Notes: generated from the letters alone by a model not told the origin. Positions 1-9,569 are shown, counted from the stretch's first letter. The stretch: 64,000 nucleotides of DNA from Vulcanimicrobiota bacterium (GCA_050250895.1 JBFWNU010000001.1:1032008-1096007), one strand, 5' to 3'. Numbers and translations are program-made.

Positions 1-991
1 CGAGGCCGACTGCCTGGTGGTCTCGTCCTTTGACGAACTCAAGCAGAAGGCCGACCAGGCGGCCGGCAAGATCGTGGTCTTTGACGCTCCCTTCACCAGC
101 TACGGCCAGACCGTGGCCTATCGCATTCGCGGCGGCATCGAGGCCGCCCGGGTCGGGGCGGTGGCCGCCCTGCTGCGGTCGGTCACTCCAACTTCCCTTG
201 GCACGCTGCACACGGGAGTGACCATTTACGACGAACAGGTGCCTAAGATCCCTTTTGCAGCCATCACTGTCGAGCAGGCCGAAATGATGCATCGCTGTGC
301 CCAACGGGGCCAGACCGTGCGAGTGCGCCTGAAGATGCAGGCCGAAACTCTGCCTCCGGCCACCTCTCGCAACCTGATCGGGGAACTGGTGGGCCGCGAA
401 AGCCCCGAAGAAGTCATCGTGCTGGGAGGCCACATCGACTCCTGGGACGTGGGCCAGGGGGCCCAGGACGACGGCGGCGGCTGCCTGGCCGCCTGGGAGG
501 CAGTGCGACTGCTCAAAGAGCTGGGGCTACGGCCGCGGCGCACCCTACGCGTCGTGCTTTTCACCAACGAAGAAAACGGCTCTCAAGGGGGCAAAACCTA
601 TGCGGCCTCGGTAGCCGGCCAGATCAACCAACACGTGCTGGCTATCGAGAGTGACTATGGGGTCTTCCGCCCCACCGGCTTTAGCTTCAGCGGCAACCCC
701 GAAGCAGCCAGGACCATTCGGGAAGTGGCCGGGTTATTGAGTTCCATCGGCGCCGACACGATCACCGAGCCGGGAGGAGCCACCGATATCCAACCCCTCA
801 TGGAGCAGGGCGTGCCCGGCCTGGGACTCAGTGTCGAACCGACTCGCTACTTCTACTATCATCACAGTCCGGCCGATACCATCGACAAAGTGGATGAGAG
901 CGAACTGCGCGCCTGCGTGGCCACCATGGCCGTGATGGCCTATGTGGTGGCGGACATGCCGGTGCGACTGCCTTTCGGATCGGCCAAATAG
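1..991 (+). CDS. M28-family metallopeptidase (carboxypeptidase Q-like), 5' truncated by the window edge
   Basis: Motifs GGHIDSWDVGQGAQDDGGG, FTNEENG and YHHSPADT; PA-domain-like N-terminal part; frame open from the window start. Confidence 0.9.
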   Translation, partial: EADCLVVSSFDELKQKADQAAGKIVVFDAPFTSYGQTVAYRIRGGIEAARVGAVAALLRSVTPTSLGTLHTGVTIYDEQVPKIPFAAITVEQAEMMHRCAQRGQTVRVRLKMQAETLPPATSRNLIGELVGRESPEEVIVLGGHIDSWDVGQGAQDDGGGCLAAWEAVRLLKELGLRPRRTLRVVLFTNEENGSQGGKTYAASVAGQINQHVLAIESDYGVFRPTGFSFSGNPEAARTIREVAGLLSSIGADTITEPGGATDIQPLMEQGVPGLGLSVEPTRYFYYHHSPADTIDKVDESELRACVATMAVMAYVVADMPVRLPFGSAK

Positions 992-1027
992 CAGGATTTC
1001 TTCACGTTCATGACAGAATTTTGGCAG

Positions 1028-1498
1028 ATGCGACATTATCTGGCCGCATTGCTCGTGCTCGCTTTCGGCTGGCCTGCTCTGGCCATCCCCGGCGGGGCGC
1101 CCATTCCTCAGGGAGTGGTCAAGTCTTCAGCCCCCCATCGAGAAATCAACGTGCTCAATCGCGACACGCCCGGCCAACAGGTCGATATCTCCTCGAACCT
1201 GGTCGAGGGCAAGACCAATATCGTCGTCTTCTACGCCGACTGGTGACCCTGCAACGAAGGTCCCCAGTTGGTGACCCTGACCGATAGAGACCCCGAGCTG
1301 GTGCTGCTGAAAATCGACATCCAAGAGCCCGGCTCGCCCGTGGCCCGCCAATACAAGGTCGATGTCGTTCCCTACTTTCGTATCTACGGACCCGACCGTG
1401 AACTCATCGCCGAGGGGAAGAAGGCCGAGCGCTGGCTTGACCGGGCGATGCTCAAAGCCAAAGGCAAAGAGATCCCCCCCGAACTCCAAGAGGAGTAG
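1028..1498 (+). CDS. Exported thioredoxin-fold protein with in-frame UGA (putative selenoprotein, FYADW-U-PC)
   Basis: ORFs 1010..1246 and 1268..1498 share one frame, separated only by TGA 1244-1246 at the first Cys position of the Trx motif; signal peptide; cis-Pro motif VVPYF downstream. Confidence 0.75.
1259..1276 (+). promoter_or_regulatory. Putative bacterial SECIS hairpin
   Basis: GGTC-C-CC-AGTT-GG-T-GACC stem-loop; the loop follows the UGA by 19 nt and has G at its second position. Confidence 0.5.
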
Positions 1499-1554
1499 GA
1501 ATCCTGGAGGATTCCCCGGTCCGGCCACAGAACGGCCGGGCCACGGGACGGGTC

Positions 1555-2625
1555 ATGTCGATGTTAATCAGAAAAACTCTAGCTTTGCTGTGTTTGCTGC
1601 TGGTGCTGGTGGCTCCGGCGCTGGCTCAGGAAGAACCTGACCAGGGGCTTCCAAGGCCGGCTCCGCAAGAACCAGATGAGGGGCTTCTCGACCTCAACCT
1701 CGAGGAACTCCTCAACATGGAGGTTATTCAAGTGACCATTCCCGGTGCTCACTGGCACTGGGAGGGCGACTGGATGGTCGGCTACCAGTACATGCAGCAG
1801 AACTGGGTCGGCCACCTCGAGGGAAGTCGTCGCGTCAGCGACCGCGAGGTCCTCAGCAAGTTTCCGCTCACCCACGAGCGGATGCGAATGGACATGCACA
1901 TGTTGATGTTCATGTACGGCGACAACGACGATCTGACCTACATGGTCATGGTTCCCTACATGGAAATGGACATGCCCCATCTCAGCCGCACCGGTTCGAC
2001 CTTCACCACCCGCTCGGAGGGCCTCGGAGATATCAGCGTCTCGGCCATTTTTCCCATCTTCGACGACTATCCCCACCGCTTGCAGGTCGAAGCCGGAATC
2101 AGCGCCCCCACCGGGCGCATCGACATGGAAGACCTCAACGGCCGGCCTGGCCGGCTGGAATACGCCATGCAGCTGGGTTCGGGCACCTTTGATCTCAAGC
2201 CGGCCCTGACCTATTTGGGCCAAACCGAAGACCTCACCTGGGGCGCCCAGCTCCGCGGCACCGTTCGTCTGGGACAAAATTCGGCCGGCTACCGCCGGGG
2301 TCACGAACTCGGGCTTACCGCCTGGATCTCGCCAGCGCTCTCCAAGTCGTTTAGCCCCTCGCTACGCATCGACGCCATGAAGTGGGGCAACGTTCACGGA
2401 ATCGACCCCAGGATATCTATCACCAATCCGGCCTCGGTGGCGACCCTCCAATCGGGCGAGCGCATCGACCTGCTGCTGGGCCTCAACTATGCGGCCGGCG
2501 TAAACGAAGAAGGTCACGGACACCGTTTCTCGATCGAGGGCGGAATGCCCATCTATCAACACCTGCGCGGTCCCCAGCTGCGCTCAGACTGGAGAATTGG
2601 AGGAGCCTGGCAATGGACTTTCTAA
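1555..2625 (+). CDS. His/Met-rich outer-membrane beta-barrel ('transporter'/MetA-pathway-like)
   Basis: Signal peptide; HWHWEGDWM and Met-rich segments; GLGDISV and QLGSGTFD motifs; C-terminal WQWTF. Confidence 0.7.
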   Translation: MSMLIRKTLALLCLLLVLVAPALAQEEPDQGLPRPAPQEPDEGLLDLNLEELLNMEVIQVTIPGAHWHWEGDWMVGYQYMQQNWVGHLEGSRRVSDREVLSKFPLTHERMRMDMHMLMFMYGDNDDLTYMVMVPYMEMDMPHLSRTGSTFTTRSEGLGDISVSAIFPIFDDYPHRLQVEAGISAPTGRIDMEDLNGRPGRLEYAMQLGSGTFDLKPALTYLGQTEDLTWGAQLRGTVRLGQNSAGYRRGHELGLTAWISPALSKSFSPSLRIDAMKWGNVHGIDPRISITNPASVATLQSGERIDLLLGLNYAAGVNEEGHGHRFSIEGGMPIYQHLRGPQLRSDWRIGGAWQWTF

Positions 2626-3119
2626 ATCGGCGGGCGCTCGCGCTTTTGCTGGCTGTGGCCTGCCTGAGCTCTGCCGTGGCCCAGACCCGCGAGTACCAGA
2701 TCAAGACGGCCTTCATCTACAACTTCATGAAGTTCGTGGAGTGGCCAGCCAACAATGGCCCGCTGAGGATCGGGGTGCTCGGCCAGGACCCCTTTGACGG
2801 AGCACTCAAACAGCTTGAGAGTCGCGACGTCGGAGGGCGGGCCCTGGTGGTCGGAACCGTCAAAAGCCCTGAAGACGCCAAGAATTTCCAGGTCGTGTTT
2901 GTAGCCGATCCGACCCAGTCCAGGGCTCTCATCAAAGCCGTCTCGGGCTTACCCGTGCTGACCATCAGCGATGCACCCGGCTTTTCTCAGGCCGGTGGAG
3001 GCATCACCTTCGTGTCCTCCAAAAACCGCATCCGCTTTCAGCTCAACGCGACAGCCCTGCAGAATGCCAAGCTCAAACCGAGTTCCAAACTACTGAGCCT
3101 GGCCTCCGACCTTTACTAG
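2613..3119 (+). CDS. YfiR/HmsC-like (DUF4154) periplasmic protein
   Basis: EYQIKTAFIYNFMKFVEWP and LKPSSKLLSLA signatures; ATG 2613 overlaps the end of the upstream gene. Confidence 0.9.
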   Translation: MDFLNRRALALLLAVACLSSAVAQTREYQIKTAFIYNFMKFVEWPANNGPLRIGVLGQDPFDGALKQLESRDVGGRALVVGTVKSPEDAKNFQVVFVADPTQSRALIKAVSGLPVLTISDAPGFSQAGGGITFVSSKNRIRFQLNATALQNAKLKPSSKLLSLASDLY

Positions 3120-3160
3120 TTACTAGAGGCCCCCTATCGCCCCCAGGCGAAACTGTCTCG

Positions 3161-3808
3161 ATGGGATCGGCTCTGCAGAAGTCTCTGGGCTTGCATGCGG
3201 TCATGCTGATCCTCTTATGGTTACTCTACCCTGGCGCCAGTTCCATCGCCGAACCCCCAGAAGAACTGTTGGTGGTCCGCCCCGTGGCCATCTCGTCGCC
3301 CCCAAAGCCGCCCCCCTTGCCGGCCCCTGCTCCGCTCGAGCCGCTAGTCTCGCCAGCCGGGAGGCCCAGGCAAGACCAACCCCGGCCCGAACCCGAGAAA
3401 CCCGCGAAGAAGGTTCCCCAACTGGCCCTCAAGGGGCCCGCCTACCCCGTCCACCATTCCAAGCTGGAAGCCGTTCGCCCAGATCAGGGCCGGCCGCCCC
3501 AGCCCCGGATCCCGAACGACGGCCACAACGCGGCGGCCGGGGAACAGGGCGACGATGCCTATCCGATCTATCATCCTCCGGTTGAAATCTTCCACCAGGG
3601 AACCATGGCCGCCCACTATCTCGAGGCCGAATTCCGTTTGCAGGCCAACGGCAACTTTCGCGTCCGGCTGCTGACCAGCCTGGGCAGTGCCAAATGGGAC
3701 GGGATCGCCTTAGCCACGCTGGAACGCTGGCGTTGGCAGCCGCGCCGGGTCGAGGGCAAGCCAGTTGCTTCTACCGAGGTCATTCGACTCACCACTCAGT
3801 CGCCGTAG
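3161..3808 (+). CDS. TonB-like energy transducer
   Basis: N-terminal TM with SxxxH (SLGLH), Pro-rich linker, TonB_C-like end (SLGSAKWDGIALATLERWRWQP). Confidence 0.7.
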   Translation: MGSALQKSLGLHAVMLILLWLLYPGASSIAEPPEELLVVRPVAISSPPKPPPLPAPAPLEPLVSPAGRPRQDQPRPEPEKPAKKVPQLALKGPAYPVHHSKLEAVRPDQGRPPQPRIPNDGHNAAAGEQGDDAYPIYHPPVEIFHQGTMAAHYLEAEFRLQANGNFRVRLLTSLGSAKWDGIALATLERWRWQPRRVEGKPVASTEVIRLTTQSP

Positions 3809-4089
3809 TCGACCACCAGGCCCAGTTTGGAAACCCGGCGCAAACACTCCAGGAAGTGCTCGTCGGTGCCCGGCAAAAGCTCGGCCCAGCGATGGCCGAG
3901 GGCGGTCTCGTACCCTCCCACGGGGATGCGAATGCGAAGGGGATTCAAAAACAGCTTCTCGAGAGCCTGGCGATAGTGGCGATCACGGCAGTCGATCGAG
4001 ACCGTCTCTCCGTCCCAATCGAGCCTGCCCACCGGAAACTCGCCCCGCTTGCGGCCGTCGCGAGCGTTGACCAGGGGATAGATAATCAC
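3796..4089 (-). CDS. Small hypothetical protein
   Basis: 97 aa; GTG start overlaps the TGA of the upstream gene (GTGA). Confidence 0.6.
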   Translation of the reverse strand: MIIYPLVNARDGRKRGEFPVGRLDWDGETVSIDCRDRHYRQALEKLFLNPLRIRIPVGGYETALGHRWAELLPGTDEHFLECLRRVSKLGLVVDYGD

Positions 4090-5402
4090 GCGTTCTGACG
4101 CCGAAAGAGATACTCGAGGTAGTCGTACATCGAGCGGTCAAAGTCGTAGAGATCCTCGCGCGTCCAAAACGGATCGGCGCAGTCGGACTCGGACAGGTAC
4201 GCCTCCACCGATTGGGCGAAATAGCGCACCGGCGAAGTCTCGGCCATGGCGTCCGAGAACTCGTGACCGAGCATGCCTTCCTGGCAGGCCTGGTAGCTGG
4301 CTTTGACAGCGGCCGACTTGAGACTGGCAAAGCCCGAATCGCCCACGGCATGGTCAAAGGCGTGAGCGAAATAGAACAAGACGGGGTGGAAGTGGCGAGG
4401 CGCTCGCAACAAGCACTCCTCTTCGATGACGCAGGTGCGCGAAGTGGGTAGATAGACGGCTCCGACAACCGCTTCGTCCCCGAAAGCCTCTTGCACGCCG
4501 GGATGGTTGGCCAATCCCTGGCCGGCCGGCCAAAGATGAACGCGGATCTTCTCGCTGACGCACAATCGCAACACTCCCAGCCCGAAGCGCCCCAACAGCC
4601 GCTGCAGACGAGCGTAAGCTGGCGAAGTGATGTCACCAGTGATCAGCTGGTTGGTAACCCGAGCCAGGGTCGGCTCGACCTCGAGTTCGGGGCTGGCTGG
4701 AAGCTCATCGGACTCGACCTCGATAGGACGGCAAGTCTCTTCTTCGGCCAGCAAGAATCCGTCCCCATGGTCAAGCAGAGAACTCCACTTGCTCTCTTCT
4801 CGCGGAGCTACCGGCGGGGCGGGCTCGGGCTGTTCAAGCTCCAACTTCTCGGCGGCCGGCGGGTCGGGCTGAGGCCGAGTCTCGGCTTCGGGTGGTTCAG
4901 GCTCGGCCGTGGGCTCATCCGACTCTTCAAAGTCTGGCTCGGCCTCTTCTCCTGACTCGGGATCGGCTTCGTAGCTCTGCCAGCGACCGTTTTCGAGTTC
5001 CTCTACCTGACCCTGGACCTCGGCCAGCGGCCGGCCTGGGCCCGGCTGCTCATCGGAGTGCTCGCCCTCGGACTCGTCGTCGCCCCCGAAGTAGAACTCC
5101 TCACCATCGTCGGGCTCTGGGTGGTCTTCGTAATCCTCGTAGTCTTCGAATTCCTCTTCCCAGGCCTCGGTGAAGGCCTGGGCCTGACTGCCGCTGCCGA
5201 AGAGGTCAGGATCCATCGAGCCGAGCATGTCCTCGTCCATGGCCCCACAATCGGCGGAAAGCTCGGAACTATCCCCGGTGGAGCGCGCCCTACGAGAACG
5301 AAGCTCTCGTTGCAACTGCGTGCGAAGCTGGTCACTCGACTTCTGAGTGTTGTCGATCATATTCCTCTGAGTCGAGGAGATGAGGTTTAGCAGAGGATCC
5401 AA
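4086..5402 (-). CDS. Acidic disordered protein with a degenerate anthrax-lethal-factor-like (M34/PPEP) metalloprotease domain
   Basis: C-terminal VLFYFAHAFDHA and SPVRYFAQSVEAYL resemble LHEFGHAxD and EYFAE motifs without the Zn/catalytic residues. Confidence 0.6.
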   Translation of the reverse strand: MDPLLNLISSTQRNMIDNTQKSSDQLRTQLQRELRSRRARSTGDSSELSADCGAMDEDMLGSMDPDLFGSGSQAQAFTEAWEEEFEDYEDYEDHPEPDDGEEFYFGGDDESEGEHSDEQPGPGRPLAEVQGQVEELENGRWQSYEADPESGEEAEPDFEESDEPTAEPEPPEAETRPQPDPPAAEKLELEQPEPAPPVAPREESKWSSLLDHGDGFLLAEEETCRPIEVESDELPASPELEVEPTLARVTNQLITGDITSPAYARLQRLLGRFGLGVLRLCVSEKIRVHLWPAGQGLANHPGVQEAFGDEAVVGAVYLPTSRTCVIEEECLLRAPRHFHPVLFYFAHAFDHAVGDSGFASLKSAAVKASYQACQEGMLGHEFSDAMAETSPVRYFAQSVEAYLSESDCADPFWTREDLYDFDRSMYDYLEYLFRRQNA

Positions 5403-5425
5403 ACCTGTTTCCAGCCCTTCGCGTA

Positions 5426-5452
5426 AAAAGGGGCCGAGTTGTCCCGGCCCCT
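5426..5452 (-). terminator. Intrinsic terminator after the S8 protease
   Basis: GGGGCCG...CGGCCCC hairpin with an A-run on the + side. Confidence 0.55.
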
Positions 5453-5457
5453 ATGGC

Positions 5458-7161
5458 TTACGCAGCTATATTCTCCGACTCTTTGCCCGGATCCTCGGGC
5501 GCCGGTGCTCCGCCTTCGGGAGGAGCCTCGGGGGCCTCGCCCTCTTTGGGTTCGCCCAGGAGCACTCCGCCGGCCGCCATCGCTTCTTCAATGGCCTTGC
5601 GCAGCAGGGCTTCCTGATCAATCTCGACGCGCTCGCCGGTGGTCGTCAAAGAGACCATCAGAGCCTCGTTGGGATCGACCATGCCGGCGCCCTGACTGTT
5701 GGCGCCCAGTCGCTTGTCGGGCAGCTTGTCGGCGGTGGTGGTCAGAATCTCTTTGACCTGATCGGGAGTCAAATCAGGGTTGGCTTCTAGCATCTGAGCC
5801 ACCACTCCGGCCACGATAGGGGTGGCCATCGAGGTGCCCGGCATTCCAATGTAGGCGCCCGACTCGTCCACCGGCAGTCGCGATGTGGCGTTGAGCAGCC
5901 GGTTGAACTGAGTGTCGGCAGACTCTTCCGACTCTTTGAGCTTCATCACCGTGTCGGGTGACAGGCCCATCAGAAGGAACGTCTCGGCCGGAATGTTCTT
6001 GAGTTCGTCGTGGTTCATCCCAGCATAGTATTTGATCGACTCGTGCATCAGCTTGAACTGCTGAGCCATCGCCTCCTTTGAGGTCATCGGGGCCATCGGG
6101 GCCATAATCGAGACCCCAGGAGCCACCAGGTCAGGCTTTTGCAGTCCCCCGGGAGTCGGGCCACGGCTCGAGAACTCGGCCATCGTGTCGTCGGACGGGT
6201 CGTCAGTGTTGTTGTCGTCGGCAGCACCCACCGTCAGGGCAAAGGGGCTATCGCCAGGAGCGGCGATCGTCTTGCGACCGGGACCCTCGTTGCCGGCGGC
6301 AGCGACCACTACGATGCCGGCCTCGTGAGCAGCTTGAACAGCCTGATTCACCGGATCGTTCTCGTAGTCTTTGCGAGCCGTGTGGCCGAGCGACATGTTG
6401 ATCACCCGAATGCCCATGCGATCCTTGTTTTCGATGGCGAACTGAATGGCTTTGATAATGCTCGAAGTGGCACCGCTACCGTCAGCGCCCAGCACCTTCA
6501 GGCTGAGAATCTTGGCGTCGGGAGCAGGGCCTTTGAAGCGCTCGTCAATCATCCCGGCGGCGGCGGCGTCGCCGGCCACGTGAGTGCCGTGGCCGTTGTC
6601 ATCATACGGAATGGTGCGTCCGTTGACGAAATCGATCTGGCCCAGCAGGCGGTCCTGCAGGTCGGGGTGAGGATGCACGCCCGTGTCGATGACGGCGATG
6701 GTCACGCCCTTGCCGGTAAAGCGGCGGGTCAGGTTGCTGTCGAAACGAGCGTTGGCCATCTCGGGGCGCTGCTTAAACTCTTTGGCCTCCTTGACCTTGG
6801 TGGGGTCGACCTCGCCCGACTCGAAGTCGGAAGGGTCGAAGGGAATGGGGGGCAAGAAGCGATCTTGCTCGTCAGAGACGACGGTGTAACCCTTTTTCTC
6901 GAGCTCCTTGACCTGTTTGTCGGTCAACTCGGCAACGTAGCCACCGATGACTCCGAGCTCTTCTTTGATGGTCACTCCAAAATCCTTGATTTCCTGAGTG
7001 TGAGATACGCCCGACTTGAAAAGCTGGTTCTGCTTGGGCGGCATCACGATGTAGGCGCTCGATCCGGCGCCGGCCGCGTCGAGTTGCACGCGGCCCATCC
7101 CCGCGGCTCCCGTAGGGCGGGTCGGTGTGTTCATTAGCTGGCGAATTCCCTGGAGGTCCAT
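5458..7161 (-). CDS. S8 subtilisin-like serine protease (AprX-like) with prodomain
   Basis: Catalytic motifs IDTG, NGHGTHVAG, AAGNEG and GTSMATP; helical insert before the catalytic Ser; no Sec signal peptide. Confidence 0.93.
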   Translation of the reverse strand: MDLQGIRQLMNTPTRPTGAAGMGRVQLDAAGAGSSAYIVMPPKQNQLFKSGVSHTQEIKDFGVTIKEELGVIGGYVAELTDKQVKELEKKGYTVVSDEQDRFLPPIPFDPSDFESGEVDPTKVKEAKEFKQRPEMANARFDSNLTRRFTGKGVTIAVIDTGVHPHPDLQDRLLGQIDFVNGRTIPYDDNGHGTHVAGDAAAAGMIDERFKGPAPDAKILSLKVLGADGSGATSSIIKAIQFAIENKDRMGIRVINMSLGHTARKDYENDPVNQAVQAAHEAGIVVVAAAGNEGPGRKTIAAPGDSPFALTVGAADDNNTDDPSDDTMAEFSSRGPTPGGLQKPDLVAPGVSIMAPMAPMTSKEAMAQQFKLMHESIKYYAGMNHDELKNIPAETFLLMGLSPDTVMKLKESEESADTQFNRLLNATSRLPVDESGAYIGMPGTSMATPIVAGVVAQMLEANPDLTPDQVKEILTTTADKLPDKRLGANSQGAGMVDPNEALMVSLTTTGERVEIDQEALLRKAIEEAMAAGGVLLGEPKEGEAPEAPPEGGAPAPEDPGKESENIAA

Positions 7162-7202
7162 TCAACCTGGTCCCTTCTCTGTTTTCTGTGTTCCCCTCGG
7201 AG

Positions 7203-7246
7203 AGTCTAACCCCAGGTAGGTAACAGCCAAGTGAACAGCCTGTTAA
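7203..7246 (-). promoter_or_regulatory. Three 11-bp-period direct repeats plus -10 (TAGACT)
   Basis: Minus strand reads TTAAC-N6-TTCAC-N6-GTTAC-N11-TAGACT. Confidence 0.5.
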
Positions 7247-7274
7247 CAAGCTCGCGGAAAGGCCAAAGCGACCT

Positions 7275-8552
7275 CTACTGCTGGAGAAGTTCAGGGGCGA
7301 GAAGGCCCACGGCGCGATAGAGTCGACCCAGGGCCAACTGCACGTCAAAGCGCGCTTGAACCTCCTGAGCGCGCGCTTCGACCAGGGCTCGTTGAGCCTG
7401 GCTGACCTCGATCGACGAACCGACTCCCACGCGATAGCGCTCCGAGGCCAGGCGAAACGACTCCTCGGCGGCCAGACGCGCGCTCTCGGCCGCTTCACTA
7501 CGCTGGCGCGACTCTTCCAGGTTGAGCTGACCTTCGGCCACCTGCTGGCGAATCTGCAGTTCCAGCGAATCACGCCGCCCTTTAGCCGCCTCGAGGCTGG
7601 CCTCGGCCAGTTGCACGGCCGCACTCAAGGTAGGCTCGTTGAGGATCGGCACTTCAAGGGTCAGGCCCAGGTTCCAGCTGGTTTGATTGGGCGGAAAACG
7701 ATCGTCGTTCCAATTGTAGCCGCCACTGGTCGCTAGCACCGGCCGATACTCGGCAGACGCCGCCGACACCGAAGAGCGACCGGCCATCACCCGGGCGTCG
7801 GCAGCCACCAGATCGGGACGCTCAGCCAGGGCTCGATCGACCACGGCTCGCTGCCAGTCGGGGTTGGGCAAACTCTGATTCACCAATTCGCGGTCCGGGG
7901 GCCCGGGCAGGCCCATTGCGCCGCCCAGCGCAACCAGCGCCTTTTGATGAGCGTTGCGAGCCTGAATCAGACCCACCCGGGCATTGGCCAGATCGGCCTC
8001 GGCTCGCGTCACCTCGATCTTGGCGCGGGTACCCGCTTCGAGAAACCCCTGGGCCTGCTCGAGCTGAACGCGAGCGTTCTCGAGATTGGCTTCATTGATT
8101 TCCACCGATTGAGCCTCACGCAGGGCTTGATAATAGCTTTCGACCACTCTCAAGGTGAGAGACTGAGCCGAATCTGCCAGATCGGCCCGGGCAGCCAACA
8201 ACTCGAGTTCGGCAGCTCTGACCCGATGGTGGGTCTGGCCGAAATCGGTCAACTGTTGACGGGCAGCAAATCCATAGGAATAAGAGGTCTGCTCGCCCGA
8301 GCGAATGATGTTCTGGCCACCCACCTGACCGCTGGCTCCGCTGCGCCGCACTCCGGCCGTGGCGCTAAAGCCCGGATACCAGTTCGCCGTCGAGCTACGC
8401 AAACGGGCTTGCTGGGCTTCAACGCTACTATCAGCGATGCGCAGGTCCGGGTGATTAGCCAGGGCGGTCAGCACCGCCTCTTGCAAACTCAAGGGCTCAG
8501 CCCAGGAAAGGCTGCTGGTGAGAAGGAGAAAGAAGAACACCAGGCCGCGCAT
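7275..8552 (-). CDS. TolC-family outer membrane efflux protein
   Basis: Signal peptide, LSLQEAVLTALANHP, duplicated OEP repeats, RYRVGVGS. Confidence 0.92.
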   Translation of the reverse strand: MRGLVFFFLLLTSSLSWAEPLSLQEAVLTALANHPDLRIADSSVEAQQARLRSSTANWYPGFSATAGVRRSGASGQVGGQNIIRSGEQTSYSYGFAARQQLTDFGQTHHRVRAAELELLAARADLADSAQSLTLRVVESYYQALREAQSVEINEANLENARVQLEQAQGFLEAGTRAKIEVTRAEADLANARVGLIQARNAHQKALVALGGAMGLPGPPDRELVNQSLPNPDWQRAVVDRALAERPDLVAADARVMAGRSSVSAASAEYRPVLATSGGYNWNDDRFPPNQTSWNLGLTLEVPILNEPTLSAAVQLAEASLEAAKGRRDSLELQIRQQVAEGQLNLEESRQRSEAAESARLAAEESFRLASERYRVGVGSSIEVSQAQRALVEARAQEVQARFDVQLALGRLYRAVGLLAPELLQQ

Positions 8553-8591
8553 CGCCCGAGAGTTATCTACCCGGATCCAGGTTCCTCTTTT

Positions 8592-9569
8592 TTATTTGAG
8601 CAGGCTGCCGCTCAGGTCTTTGGCGATCTGCAGGTATTTGAGGAACTCGCCCCCCAGGGTCTCGCTGTCTTGCGAAATGCGGTTGTAGAGTTCCGTGGTT
8701 ACCGAGTCATAGAGGGCTACGCGAGCTCCGACTTCGGGCAACTCTCTGGCCGAGGCGTCCACCAATTTCGTCGACTCGGCCAAAGCCTCGGCGTAGGTCC
8801 GCACCACCTCGTAGTCGATCTTGGGATTCTGCTTGACTTGCTCGGGCAACTGGTCGACGTGGAGCAGGGCTTCTTGATAGGCTTTCTCCTTGGCCTGTGC
8901 CAGAAAGCCGCCGGCCGATTGAGGAGCCAGTTCATCAAAGCGAGCTCCGATGCTTAGCCCGGCCTCGGCCAGCACCTTGAACTTGGCTTCGGGACCCTTG
9001 ACCTCGACCTTGCTGATCCCTTCGAGATACTCGCGCAAAAGGTCGCGCTGGGCGGCCGGGTCGCCATTGTGGTCGAACTTCTCGAGGGCCTCCCGGGCCA
9101 GATCGGCCATCGGCTTGGCAGCCTCGGACTGCTGCTGGGAAATGGTCTGGAAAATGTGCGTGTAGTAGTTGGCCTCGGCCAGGTCGAAATAGGCGTCCTT
9201 GTTCTGGGTCGAAAGAACCTTGAGGCGCTCGACAGTGGTCTCGGCGGTGGGCAGGGTGCCGTCGCTCTGACCCGGTTGGGTAGTGCTTCCGGTCCCAGGA
9301 ATAGGCACACCAGGCAAGGTGCCTTCGCCGCAGCCCGTCAGCAGACTGGCGCCCACCAGGCCCAAAGCCAGCATTCCCGCCAGGCGCAGGCCCGAGCGAC
9401 GCGCGGTGGGTTCGGTGGCCTCGGTGGGCACCGCCGGCGCCTCCGGGACAGCGCCACTGAGCGTGACCCTCTCGGCCGGTCCGGCCGACTCGGCCGGAGG
9501 GGAAGCGTTAGCGACGGCGCCCCGAACGGGAGCAAAAGCTAGCCTGGTCTGCGAAACTGAGCCTATCAT
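8592..9569 (-). CDS. Hypothetical lipoprotein with a long N-terminal extension
   Basis: ARRSGLR plus hydrophobic segment and lipobox LLTGC at residue 80; helical C-domain. Confidence 0.65.
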   Translation of the reverse strand: MIGSVSQTRLAFAPVRGAVANASPPAESAGPAERVTLSGAVPEAPAVPTEATEPTARRSGLRLAGMLALGLVGASLLTGCGEGTLPGVPIPGTGSTTQPGQSDGTLPTAETTVERLKVLSTQNKDAYFDLAEANYYTHIFQTISQQQSEAAKPMADLAREALEKFDHNGDPAAQRDLLREYLEGISKVEVKGPEAKFKVLAEAGLSIGARFDELAPQSAGGFLAQAKEKAYQEALLHVDQLPEQVKQNPKIDYEVVRTYAEALAESTKLVDASARELPEVGARVALYDSVTTELYNRISQDSETLGGEFLKYLQIAKDLSGSLLK

